DNA of 60,414 nt, filler included. It is 7 parts of 7 records of this genome, joined end to end, with 100 filler letters (N's around TTAATTAATTAA, not from the genome) between each part and the next. Parts side by side here need not be neighbours in the genome. Positions count along the whole stretch, not along the records: positions 41,098 to 49,076 come from SRR31156797_13386; positions 49,177 to 54,893 come from SRR31156797_13395; 5 more parts are not named here. One strand, 5' to 3'. The position numbers were made by a program, and so were the translations under genes. Shown here piece after piece: positions 41,751-50,591 of this stretch (the first letter of the stretch is position 1; each line of letters starts with the position of its first letter). Below the pieces are notes generated by a model. It did no database searches and was not told the origin of the DNA. It saw nothing but the letters and a program-made list of their open reading frames with translations.

Positions 41751-43568
41751 ATGATAAAAGAACTAATACAATTCACAGAAGCATTACCGCCAGAAACATT
41801 TAGCCGAAACCTACAACTAAAGGAAGGCCTATATATGTTTTTGGATGTACAGGAAGAAAATGGCGAAATTGTTTTAAAAAACATTAACGAGGCTGGAAAG
41901 TTATTAAAAGAAGATTTTGGTGTTTTTACAAGGAAATCGGAAATGACACCGTTTTTTGAAAAATGCCGGACAATTCAAATCAATTCTATTCCTGTTTCTC
42001 CTGCAAAAATATTTAATCCAAACAAAAAAGTTTATGGTGCTTCATGCTCACCATTTGTTCTCGCATTTGTAAAAAAGAATTTTGTGAAGTATGACAAATC
42101 GATATTAATAAAAGAACTAAGCGACCAATATTTCAAAAAAGCAGAAACATATTGCGAAGCAGATGAACAAAAAGAAAAATTCAGGCTTTTTCGAAGTTTT
42201 CTAACATCAAATCTTTATGAATTGATTACTACTCTCGATGAGTATAATACAGCCAAAGATTCTTTTACAATAAACATCTATTTAAAAGGTATATCAAATG
42301 AAGTTTATTTGGAAGCTCATGAGTTGTATTTAAAAGAAAACGTTTTCAACAAAGATGATTATAATGAAAAACTAGAAGATGAAATATTCGGCATTAGTGA
42401 TAGTCTGAGTGGATTTAACAATAAAAAGCGATTTTTAAAACACCAAACTTCTGCCTTAAAATATAACTATCGAATAAAAGGAGATGATGCTCAAAGTTTG
42501 TGGAAATTTTTTAAGCTTTATCAAAACAAACAACTCCCAAATCCATGTCCAATTTTTGTGGATTCAAATGAATTAAACCGCGGGCTGGTTAGTTTCCATC
42601 AAGACGGCAAAGTTGATTCCTATTCTGGTTTGATTAAAAAGCTGATTAAAGAATACAACAAAGAAGAACTTCAAAACTTTTATCTCATCTTTTTTCAGGG
42701 CACTAAAGGAAGCAGAATTGCAGATATTGATTTTGTTCCATTGTTTAGGTATAAAATAAATGATATTATTCTATTCGAGCCATTTCCCCTTGGTGGAAAA
42801 ATTGAATCCATTAAAATCAATAACATATTTCAACTTCAAGAAGTAATTTTTAACAAAATCTTCAACAATCAATTGGTAACCAAAACAAAAAATGGAGTTT
42901 GGGTGAAATTTTTCGATGAAATTGAGCCAAATTTAAAATATCAATTTACGAGTGCGATTTGCAACCTTATGATGCAATACCGAAAAGCAGTTTACGACTA
43001 CATATACAAAGCAAAGTATGAAAGCATAACATGTAAAATGTTCGACGTAATGATGAAAATCTCGATTTTGGAAGACATAAGAATTGACGAATTCAAAAAC
43101 GAACAGCATTCAAGAAGTTATCAAATAAAAGAAAAACTAAATATCTGGTTTAGTTTATATAACTATTTCAGTCAAAATAAAAACCGAGAAAATATGGCAA
43201 ACAAAACAGTAGAATTACAAGGTGAACTAAAATCGATTATTGAAAATGAGAATCTTCATATTGAAACTGATTCTCAATTTGCATTTGCATCCGGACAATT
43301 AATTTGGAAAATTTTAATCCAAAGCAAGTCTAGCTCCCGTTCCCACGCTTTATTAGAACCCTTTTTGCAAAAAACGAATGTTGAGCAATACAAACTGGCA
43401 ATTGCTAAAACGTTCGATATGTACAAACACGAATTCACACTTTACCCTAAAAAATATGAATTCGATAAAATAATGGGAGATGTAATGGGGTTCGTGCCCG
43501 ATGAGAAAAATATGAAAAACCTTTTAACCTATATTCTTGCAGGGTATTTTTCTGATTCAATAATATAA
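41751..43568 (+). CDS. cas8b: Type I-B large subunit Cas8b (Csh1-like)
   Basis: 605 aa between cas6 and cas7; C-terminal helical part QFAFASGQLI...ILAGYF is typical of Cas8b/Cas11. Confidence 0.75.
   Translation: MIKELIQFTEALPPETFSRNLQLKEGLYMFLDVQEENGEIVLKNINEAGKLLKEDFGVFTRKSEMTPFFEKCRTIQINSIPVSPAKIFNPNKKVYGASCSPFVLAFVKKNFVKYDKSILIKELSDQYFKKAETYCEADEQKEKFRLFRSFLTSNLYELITTLDEYNTAKDSFTINIYLKGISNEVYLEAHELYLKENVFNKDDYNEKLEDEIFGISDSLSGFNNKKRFLKHQTSALKYNYRIKGDDAQSLWKFFKLYQNKQLPNPCPIFVDSNELNRGLVSFHQDGKVDSYSGLIKKLIKEYNKEELQNFYLIFFQGTKGSRIADIDFVPLFRYKINDIILFEPFPLGGKIESIKINNIFQLQEVIFNKIFNNQLVTKTKNGVWVKFFDEIEPNLKYQFTSAICNLMMQYRKAVYDYIYKAKYESITCKMFDVMMKISILEDIRIDEFKNEQHSRSYQIKEKLNIWFSLYNYFSQNKNRENMANKTVELQGELKSIIENENLHIETDSQFAFASGQLIWKILIQSKSSSRSHALLEPFLQKTNVEQYKLAIAKTFDMYKHEFTLYPKKYEFDKIMGDVMGFVPDEKNMKNLLTYILAGYFSDSII
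43194..43568 (+). CDS. cas11: Putative internally translated small subunit Cas11 (124 aa, MANKTVELQ...)
   Basis: In-frame ATG preceded by an A-rich tract (AAAATAAAAACCGAGAAAAT) at the boundary of the C-terminal helical domain of Cas8b. Confidence 0.55.
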   Translation: MANKTVELQGELKSIIENENLHIETDSQFAFASGQLIWKILIQSKSSSRSHALLEPFLQKTNVEQYKLAIAKTFDMYKHEFTLYPKKYEFDKIMGDVMGFVPDEKNMKNLLTYILAGYFSDSII

Positions 43569-43575
43569 AAGATAT

Positions 43576-43657
43576 AAGTGCCATCGGCACGTTAGTATGG
43601 TAGAAAATAATAGTTAATAAAAACCCAAAGTCCCATAGGGACGAAACAATAAAAGAT
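43576..43657 (+). repeat. Hairpin doublet A (REP-like) in cas8b-cas7 intergenic region
   Basis: GTGCC-ATC-GGCAC + GTTAGTATGGTAG ... GTCCC-ATA-GGGAC + GAAACAATA, ending at the cas7 ATG. Confidence 0.75.
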
Positions 43658-44590
43658 ATGACATACAATAAAAGAATTTTTGGAGCCGCATTAGTTAAGG
43701 CAATCAACTCGAATTACAATGCCGATTTTAGCGGACAACCACGCACACTTCCTGACGGAACAGTTTATGCAACCGATAAAGCATTTAAATATGCTGTAAA
43801 AAACTATTTAAAGGATGTTTACACAGATGAACGCATTTTCTATTTCAAACGGTTTAACGAAGAGTTTGTCCCTTTTAGTTTAGATGATGCCTATGCAAAC
43901 ATGTTTCCTGAAAATAAGGATACAAAAGACAAAAAAGTTGTAGCAAAAGATATTTTGAGTTGTTTGGATATCCGTTTGTTCGGTGCAACATTCGCAAAAA
44001 AAGGGAAAAGCAACAACATTGCTATTTCGGTACATGGGCCAGTTCAAATTAACCACGGAGTAAATATTTGGAAAGAAAATAATATCTTCTCTGAACAAAT
44101 TATGTCTCCTTTCAGAAATCCCGATGAAAAAAGTGAAGAAAAGCAAGCCACAACACTTGGTCGCCAGTCGAAATTACAAGAGGGGCATTACCTGCATCAT
44201 TTCTCGGTTAATCCACAGAATTTAAAAGAGGTAGTTAAATTGGCAGGAGAAGGTGCCCAAAACATAACCACCTCCGACCTATCTAAACTAAAGGAAGCCA
44301 TGAGCCGTGGAGTTACCTGGTACGATTCGGCTTCGAAAGCTGGTTCGGAAAACGAAGTTTTGATTTGGATTGAACTGAAAGAAGGCTCAAAATTAGTTTT
44401 GCCAAATTTAACACAGCTTGTTGAAATGAAAGAAGAGAAAGTAGATGGGAAAGTGGTTCTTGATTGCGAGATGCTTAAAACTAAAATTGAAGAATTTAAT
44501 ACCGAAATTGATTCTGTTGAAATATTACGAAATAAGGCTTCTTTGAAACTCGATAATGAACCTAAAAATTCAAAAATAATGGACATCTAA
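43658..44590 (+). CDS. cas7: Type I-B Cas7 (Csh2-like)
   Basis: NSNYNADFSGQPR, ATDKAFKYAVKNY, DIRLFGATF, HGPVQI. Confidence 0.92.
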   Translation: MTYNKRIFGAALVKAINSNYNADFSGQPRTLPDGTVYATDKAFKYAVKNYLKDVYTDERIFYFKRFNEEFVPFSLDDAYANMFPENKDTKDKKVVAKDILSCLDIRLFGATFAKKGKSNNIAISVHGPVQINHGVNIWKENNIFSEQIMSPFRNPDEKSEEKQATTLGRQSKLQEGHYLHHFSVNPQNLKEVVKLAGEGAQNITTSDLSKLKEAMSRGVTWYDSASKAGSENEVLIWIELKEGSKLVLPNLTQLVEMKEEKVDGKVVLDCEMLKTKIEEFNTEIDSVEILRNKASLKLDNEPKNSKIMDI

Positions 44591-44592
44591 CC

Positions 44593-44673
44593 AAACCTCG
44601 TAGAGGTGGCAATATGATAGCATAAATATAGTCTCAAAACCAAAGTTCCGTAAGGACGATACAAAATACAGAA
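44593..44673 (+). repeat. Hairpin doublet B (REP-like) after cas7
   Basis: ACCTC-GTA-GAGGT + GGCAATATGATAGCA ... GTTCC-GTA-AGGAC + GATACAAAATA, ending at the tnpA ATG. Confidence 0.75.
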
Positions 44674-44898
44674 ATGGCAAATACCTACACTTAAATTAAT
44701 ATTCATGCCATATTTTCGGTGAAAGGAAGGAAAAATATTATTACCCGGAATTTCAGAAATAGGCTGCACGAGTACATAGCCGGAATAATCAACAACACAA
44801 ATAATTATTCGCTAGCAGTGTATGGTTACAAAGATCATGTTCATGCCTTTTTTGAGTTTCCTTGCTACCATACTTTCGTTCCTAACGGAACTAAATAA
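44674..44898 (+). pseudogene. tnpA: IS200/IS605-family HUH (Y1) transposase remnant
   Basis: MANTYT*INIHAIFSVKGRKNIITRNFRNRLHEYIAGIINNTNNYSLAVYGYKDHVHAFFEF...: stop at codon 7, HUH motif DHVH at 44833, truncated before the catalytic Tyr helix. Confidence 0.85.
44861..44893 (-). repeat. Inverted hairpin unit C closing the tnpA remnant
   Basis: Minus strand GTTCC-GTTA-GGAAC + GAAAGTATGGTAGCA, the same hairpin+TATGGTAG motif as doublets A and B. Confidence 0.75.
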
Positions 44899-44933
44899 AC
44901 GGATATTTTAATTACAGAAAAATTGCAGAAATT

Positions 44934-45740
44934 ATGACTAAATTAATTTCATTCGACATAAAAGCCGATTTTGGGATGTTAAAAAAGCCCGATACCAACG
45001 AACCAGTTTACCTTACTTTTAACATGCTGCACAAACCTGCGTTGCTTGGAATACTAGGGGCAATTGCTGGTTTAAAAGGTTTTCAGAAAAATGGTGAATT
45101 ACCTGAATATTACGAAAAACTAAAAGAGGTTCAGGTTGGGATAATGCCACTTCCTAAAGATGAATATTGTGATAAAAACTATCATGAAAATGGCAACTTT
45201 ACCAAAACCATTATCAAATACAATAACACAACAGGTTTAGCCAGCGAAGAAACCGGGGGGAACCTTATGGTTGCGGAACAAACACTTATTTCGCCCGCAT
45301 TTCGTTGCTTTGTATTATTGAATGAAGGAATTGAAGAACAACAAAAACTAATCAAAAACCTATTAACGTATCAGTCTGAATTCGTCCCCTATCTCGGAAA
45401 AAACGATTGCTCCCTTTGGTGGGAAAATGCAGATGTAGTCGAGTTTTCTGATTTTGTGCCTAGAGGTGTTTTTAAGATAAGTTCTTTATTTATAAAATCT
45501 GTTCCTGTGAAAGACAGCAAAGAAGAAATCAATTATTTCGATATTCTCTTTTCCGGTGAAGAAGGTAATACATTCAGCTTTTTTGAAAACTTACCCGTAG
45601 CTTATTTAGGTGCACCATTATTCCAATACGAATACCGAAGTTTTGCTTATACCGATTGGGATTTAAAGTTTACACCAGATTCAGGCTACAGGTTCATAAA
45701 ACTAACAACAGAAAATGAAGAGATTATCCAGCTTTTCTGA
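44934..45740 (+). CDS. cas5: Type I-B Cas5
   Basis: FDIKADFGMLKKP...TFNMLHKPALLGILGAIAGL and PYLGKN. Confidence 0.92.
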   Translation: MTKLISFDIKADFGMLKKPDTNEPVYLTFNMLHKPALLGILGAIAGLKGFQKNGELPEYYEKLKEVQVGIMPLPKDEYCDKNYHENGNFTKTIIKYNNTTGLASEETGGNLMVAEQTLISPAFRCFVLLNEGIEEQQKLIKNLLTYQSEFVPYLGKNDCSLWWENADVVEFSDFVPRGVFKISSLFIKSVPVKDSKEEINYFDILFSGEEGNTFSFFENLPVAYLGAPLFQYEYRSFAYTDWDLKFTPDSGYRFIKLTTENEEIIQLF

Positions 45741-48360
45741 TATCGTTGATAAGAAACTAATCGCATTTGAAAAATTAATTTCAGATTCTGAAAAGTATCT
45801 GGCTCATATTGAAGGGAAAACGAATAAAGAATTTTTACAAGAACATATTGATTTGGTTTTGCACTATGCAAAACTTATTGTTGACCACCAAAATATTGAT
45901 TTAATAATCGATAGCTTAATTGCGTCAATTTCCGAAGACACTGAAATTGCAGAAAATGTAAAACTAATTTTTGTTGCTTCCATTGCATATCACGATTTAG
46001 GAAAAACAAATCCGAACTTCCAGATTGAAAAAATGAAAAATAGCAGTTTCTCGAAAAGAGAATTGTCTATAGGAAGTCAACATTCAGTATTAAGTGCATT
46101 CGTCTTTATATTCTTTTTTGTTGAACAGATTAGCAAAATACAATCACTCGGCAAACAGAAAAAAGAAGAATTATTGGGAATTTGCTATTTATTTTCATTT
46201 CCAATAATTAAACATCATGCTTCATCAATTGATAAAGAAACATCATTAACAGAAGAATTATGCGAAGAACTATTTAATTTTCTTACAGAATATAAAATTG
46301 ATATGCCCCCACAGGTTGCGGTTCATTTTCCAAAACTAAAAGAAGGATTAATCAATAAGATTCAAAAAGAGAAATCATTTCCCCTTTTCGCCCTCCTAAA
46401 ACTTTCCTATTCGCTTTTAACCGCATGCGATTATTACGCTACAAACGAGTACATGGCAGATATGGTCGTTGATGATTTCGGAATATTAACTCCCGATTTA
46501 AAAGAAAAAATAATCTCGAACTTCAAATCAGAAAAAGACTACAATAAAGACCTAACTGCAAATTTCGAGGAATATTTAAAAAGACCCTTTTCAGTGCTTC
46601 AAAAACAAAGTAAAACAAACCTCAATTTATTACGCCAGAAGCTAAATGCCGAAGTAATCTCGAATCTCCAAAAAAATCCGGAAAGCTCATGGTATTATAT
46701 TGAAGCGCCAACCGGAGCTGGGAAAACAAACCTTTCGCTGGCATGTATATCAAAGTTGTTGCAAATAGATAAAAGCCTAAACAAAGTATTTTATGTATTC
46801 CCTTTTACAACGCTTATAACACAAACTTTTCAAGGAATAAAAGATACAATTGGATTAACAAATAAAGAAATGATTCAATTGCATTCGAAAGCCGGATTCC
46901 ATGAACATGAAGAAACCACTGACGGGAAATATGGAAACGAAAAGCGCCTGTTTCTTGATAATCTGTTTGTGAATTATCCGTTTTGTGTAACTTCTCATAT
47001 CCGCTTTTTCGATGTGTTAAAAGGAAATAAAAAAGGGACAAACTATTTATTACATCGACTGGCAAATTCAATTGTGGTAATCGATGAGTTACAAACTTAT
47101 AATCCAAGTCACTGGGATAAAATTCTTTTTTTTATCGAGAATTATGCACCTCTGTTTAACATGCGTTTTATAATAATGTCGGCAACGTTACCCAAAATTG
47201 ATGCACTGAGTGAGACTGCAAAAGGAAAATTCGTAAACCTTACGCCAAATAAAAAACAATACTTTTCAAATCCTAATTTCGCTGGACGTATTGTTTTCGA
47301 TTTCTCATTGCTAGACCTGCCAAAGCCTACAAAAGAAAACAAAGAAGAGTTTTTGCTGGATTTAAGTTCTTTCTTATTAAAAAAAGCCGAAAACTTCTAT
47401 AATAAATACGGCTATTCTAAAGTTTTAATCGAATTCATTACAAAAAATACAGCATCTCATTTTTTTAGGCTCCTAAAAGAAAATGAGAACTTTTCCGATT
47501 ACCATTTATACATCCTTTCTGGAGATATTCTTGAACCTCGACGGAAGAAAGTAATAAAAGAGCTTAAGGAACAGAAATATAAAAAAGTGATATTAGTTTC
47601 CACACAAGTTGTTGAGGCAGGTGTTGATATTGATATGGATTTGGGATTTAAAGACCGTTCATTGCTTGATAGCGATGAGCAATTAGCAGGAAGAGTAAAC
47701 CGGAACGCATCGAAAAAAGACTGCAAGGTATTTCTTTTCGATTGCGACCGAACTTCAACTATTTATGGTAAAGATAAACGCTATAAAAAACAACAAAGCG
47801 ATAAAGCAGTTTACAATGGTTTCAAAGACATTTTACTAAATAAAAATTTTGACATCCTTTATAATAAAGTTTTTGAAGATTCAAAAAAGGAAGACTGGAC
47901 AGATGCAATGAAACTCGATAATTATCTTACCAATTTTGAACGCTTCGACTTTCATTCGATTCATAATAATTTCAAGTTGATTGAAGATAATGGCAGTGAA
48001 TCAGTTTTTATTCCTATTGAAATTGAAATCCCTGAAGAATTCAACTATGAAGAACTTTTAAAATGGGGAGTTTTTACCAGTAAAAACAAACTTTCGGGAG
48101 AGAAGCTGTTTGATAGATATATTTCAATAGTTAAAAATGATAATTTAGATTTTAATCAAAAACAAATTGATTTAAAGAAACTAACAGGATTAATGAGCCA
48201 GTTTACCATTTCTGTTTATCCAAATGTAATTGAGAAAATTGGAGACAATTTTCACTATGACAAAGAAAGTTTTGGATACAAATATTTATTACATAATAAA
48301 TGTTACACAATTGAAGAAGGATTTAATTTTGAAGAGGCTGAGAATGACATCATTTTTTAA
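45715..48360 (+). CDS. cas3: Cas3 (HD nuclease fused to SF2 helicase)
   Basis: EFLQEH, YHDLGK, APTGAGKT, VIDELQ, MSAT, STQVVEAGVDID, QLAGRVNR. Confidence 0.96.
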   Translation: MKRLSSFSDIVDKKLIAFEKLISDSEKYLAHIEGKTNKEFLQEHIDLVLHYAKLIVDHQNIDLIIDSLIASISEDTEIAENVKLIFVASIAYHDLGKTNPNFQIEKMKNSSFSKRELSIGSQHSVLSAFVFIFFFVEQISKIQSLGKQKKEELLGICYLFSFPIIKHHASSIDKETSLTEELCEELFNFLTEYKIDMPPQVAVHFPKLKEGLINKIQKEKSFPLFALLKLSYSLLTACDYYATNEYMADMVVDDFGILTPDLKEKIISNFKSEKDYNKDLTANFEEYLKRPFSVLQKQSKTNLNLLRQKLNAEVISNLQKNPESSWYYIEAPTGAGKTNLSLACISKLLQIDKSLNKVFYVFPFTTLITQTFQGIKDTIGLTNKEMIQLHSKAGFHEHEETTDGKYGNEKRLFLDNLFVNYPFCVTSHIRFFDVLKGNKKGTNYLLHRLANSIVVIDELQTYNPSHWDKILFFIENYAPLFNMRFIIMSATLPKIDALSETAKGKFVNLTPNKKQYFSNPNFAGRIVFDFSLLDLPKPTKENKEEFLLDLSSFLLKKAENFYNKYGYSKVLIEFITKNTASHFFRLLKENENFSDYHLYILSGDILEPRRKKVIKELKEQKYKKVILVSTQVVEAGVDIDMDLGFKDRSLLDSDEQLAGRVNRNASKKDCKVFLFDCDRTSTIYGKDKRYKKQQSDKAVYNGFKDILLNKNFDILYNKVFEDSKKEDWTDAMKLDNYLTNFERFDFHSIHNNFKLIEDNGSESVFIPIEIEIPEEFNYEELLKWGVFTSKNKLSGEKLFDRYISIVKNDNLDFNQKQIDLKKLTGLMSQFTISVYPNVIEKIGDNFHYDKESFGYKYLLHNKCYTIEEGFNFEEAENDIIF

Positions 48361-48390
48361 GCATCTATTCCTTTAACAAAACTATTAATT

Positions 48391-48906
48391 ATGCCAACAA
48401 AAGGACTAAAAAAATATTTAAGTACACTAAGCAAAGAAGAACTGATAAAGCACATTCAAGAGCTGGATAAAAAATATAAATCGGTTCAGGAGTATCACCA
48501 TTTATTTTTAAACAACGATGTTGAAGCTATTGTTACGAAATACAAAAAGCAAATTGAGAATGAGTTTTACCCGCTTCGGGGTTTACCCAAAACGCGTTTG
48601 TCGGTAGCCCGTAAAGCCATTGCCGAAATAAAAAAACTTGGAGTTCCTTCAGAATCGTTAGCAGATTTAATGCTGTTTTATGTTGAAACAGGCGTACAAT
48701 TTACCAACGACTACGGCGACATAGATGAACCATTTTACAACAGTATGGAAAGCATGTTTGGCAAAGCATTAGAATTAATCCAAAAAGAAAGATTACTTGA
48801 GCAGTTTAAAGAAAGGGCTCTAAAAATTGTTGAAAGTTCATGCGATACCGGTTGGGGATTCCACGAAACACTTTATGATTTCTATTACCAATATTTTGAA
48901 TTATAA
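48391..48906 (+). CDS. Uncharacterised all-helical protein (DUF6155-like) inserted between cas3 and cas4
   Basis: LKKYLSTLSKEEL...EFYP...RLSVARKAI...LADLMLFYVETGVQFTNDYGDIDEPFY. The family assignment is from recall, not a search. Confidence 0.65.
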   Translation: MPTKGLKKYLSTLSKEELIKHIQELDKKYKSVQEYHHLFLNNDVEAIVTKYKKQIENEFYPLRGLPKTRLSVARKAIAEIKKLGVPSESLADLMLFYVETGVQFTNDYGDIDEPFYNSMESMFGKALELIQKERLLEQFKERALKIVESSCDTGWGFHETLYDFYYQYFEL

Positions 48907-48912
48907 TTTCTC

Positions 48913-49076
48913 ATGCAAATTACAGGCACCCACTTTAACTATTACCTAATTTGTCACCGCAAACTCTGGCTTTTTGCCAATGGCATTAATATGGAACAAA
49001 CTTCGGATGCGGTTTACCAGGGAAAGCTCATTCACGAAAACAGTTATAAACAGCGCAGCGAAAGGTTTAAAGAAAT
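48913..49076 (+). CDS. cas4: Cas4, 3' truncated
   Basis: ITGTHFNYYLICHRKLWLF...GKLIHENSY. Confidence 0.92.
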
Positions 49077-49177
49077 NNNNNNNNNNNNNNNNNNNNNNNN
49101 NNNNNNNNNNNNNNNNNNNNTTAATTAATTAANNNNNNNNNNNNNNNNNNNNNNNNNNNNNNNNNNNNNNNNNNNNG

Positions 49178-50362
49178 CGTCGTCACCGCGATTTCTTTTA
49201 CGATCCTACAATGCATAAATTGGATTGGGAAGAACTGCGCGATCGTTATGGTGCACTAATCGACGATGCTCGCACCCGCTGGGATGTTACCAATCTGCAA
49301 CTGAATCTGGCATCGGAATTAAGTGCCGGACATACATATGCCAGTGGTGGCGACACAGAAAATACGCCTTCAGGGTCAAATGGTTTTCTCGGTATCGACT
49401 GGGAAATTTCGAATAACAAATACAGAATAAAAAGAATTGTAAAACCAGCTGTTTGGAATACCCAAGTACGATCACCATTTGACAAACCCGGCGTGGATGT
49501 AAACGAAGGAGATTACATATTATCGGTAAACGGAATTCTGCTTGATCCGAATAAAGATCCTTATGCTGCCTTTGAAGGATTATCGGGTAAGACAGTTTCG
49601 TTAGAAATTAGTAAAACAGGAAAAAAAGAAGATGCGAAATACTTTGTTATCGAATGCCTCTCCGGCGGACAGGAAAGAAATCTTCGTTACCTCGAATGGA
49701 TTGAAAATAACCGCAAAATGGTAAACGAGCTTTCCGATGGTCAGCTTGGGTATATTTATATGTCGAATACAGCAGCTCAGGGACAACTCGAGCTGGTAAG
49801 TATGTTTTATGGTCAGCTCGATAAAAAAGGATATATTCTTGATGAACGGTTTAACGGTGGCGGCCAGCTTGCCGACCGATTTCTGGAGTTGTTACAACGT
49901 CCGGTAACCTACAATCTGCACTGGCGTCATGGCCGTGACCATACCAACCCAATAAAAACAAATACCGGTCCGGTGGGCATGCTTATAAACGGCTGGGCCG
50001 GCTCGGGTGGCGACGGACTGCCATGGGCTTTCCAGGAACTGGAAGCTGGACCCATTGTAGGTGAACGTACATTAGGAATTTTAATCGGGCCGGCAACAGG
50101 ACACCGGTTGATCGACGGTGGTTCAATTACTGTTCCCGGAGCCCGTTTGTACGATAACGACGGTCACTGGTTCTGGGAAGGTGAAGGTGTAGCTCCCGAT
50201 TTTAAAGTTTGGGACGATCCAAACCTACTAATGCAGGGCCGCGACCCGCAAATGGAAAAAGTAGTTGAAGAAGTGTTGAAACTTACCAAAGAAAATAAAC
50301 ATATAATGACACCGGCACCGCCACTGGAAGACCGGACGGCAAAAGGACTAAATAAAAAATAA
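49178..50362 (+). CDS. Tricorn-like S41 protease, C-terminal part (PDZ + catalytic domain)
   Basis: RDFFYDP, ELSAGH, PDZ segment, DERFNGGG, GWAGSGGD (catalytic Ser), EGEGVAPD. Confidence 0.92.
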   Translation, partial: RRHRDFFYDPTMHKLDWEELRDRYGALIDDARTRWDVTNLQLNLASELSAGHTYASGGDTENTPSGSNGFLGIDWEISNNKYRIKRIVKPAVWNTQVRSPFDKPGVDVNEGDYILSVNGILLDPNKDPYAAFEGLSGKTVSLEISKTGKKEDAKYFVIECLSGGQERNLRYLEWIENNRKMVNELSDGQLGYIYMSNTAAQGQLELVSMFYGQLDKKGYILDERFNGGGQLADRFLELLQRPVTYNLHWRHGRDHTNPIKTNTGPVGMLINGWAGSGGDGLPWAFQELEAGPIVGERTLGILIGPATGHRLIDGGSITVPGARLYDNDGHWFWEGEGVAPDFKVWDDPNLLMQGRDPQMEKVVEEVLKLTKENKHIMTPAPPLEDRTAKGLNKK

Positions 50363-50381
50363 CAAGATTAAATTTCATACT

Positions 50382-50418
50382 AAAAAGGATTCTTTCTTTT
50401 TGAAAGGATCCTTTTTTT
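50382..50418 (+). terminator. Intrinsic terminator
   Basis: AAAAGGATTCTTTC-TTTT-GAAAGGATCCTTTTTTT. Confidence 0.75.
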
Positions 50419-50591
50419 ATCCGGCAAATAGGGTCTTAACCGACAAATTTCCAGTCTTCATTGAATTTATACTTTGAATTCTTATAAACAACACACAACT
50501 TTAAACTGAAAACAGAAAACAAATTTGCAACCTTCAAAAAAACAAACTGTCATTAGACAGTAAAAGCTAAGAAAACAATTAAACATTTCTC

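Noticed and set aside
44587-44769. 60-aa minus-strand ORF between cas7 and cas5 as a possible toxin or anti-CRISPR
   Set aside because: It is antisense to the tnpA remnant and hairpin doublet B, which explain the sequence better.
41098-49076. A canonical CRISPR array, cas1 and cas2
   Set aside because: No run of identical repeats with unique spacers is visible. The contig ends inside cas4, so their absence is uninformative.
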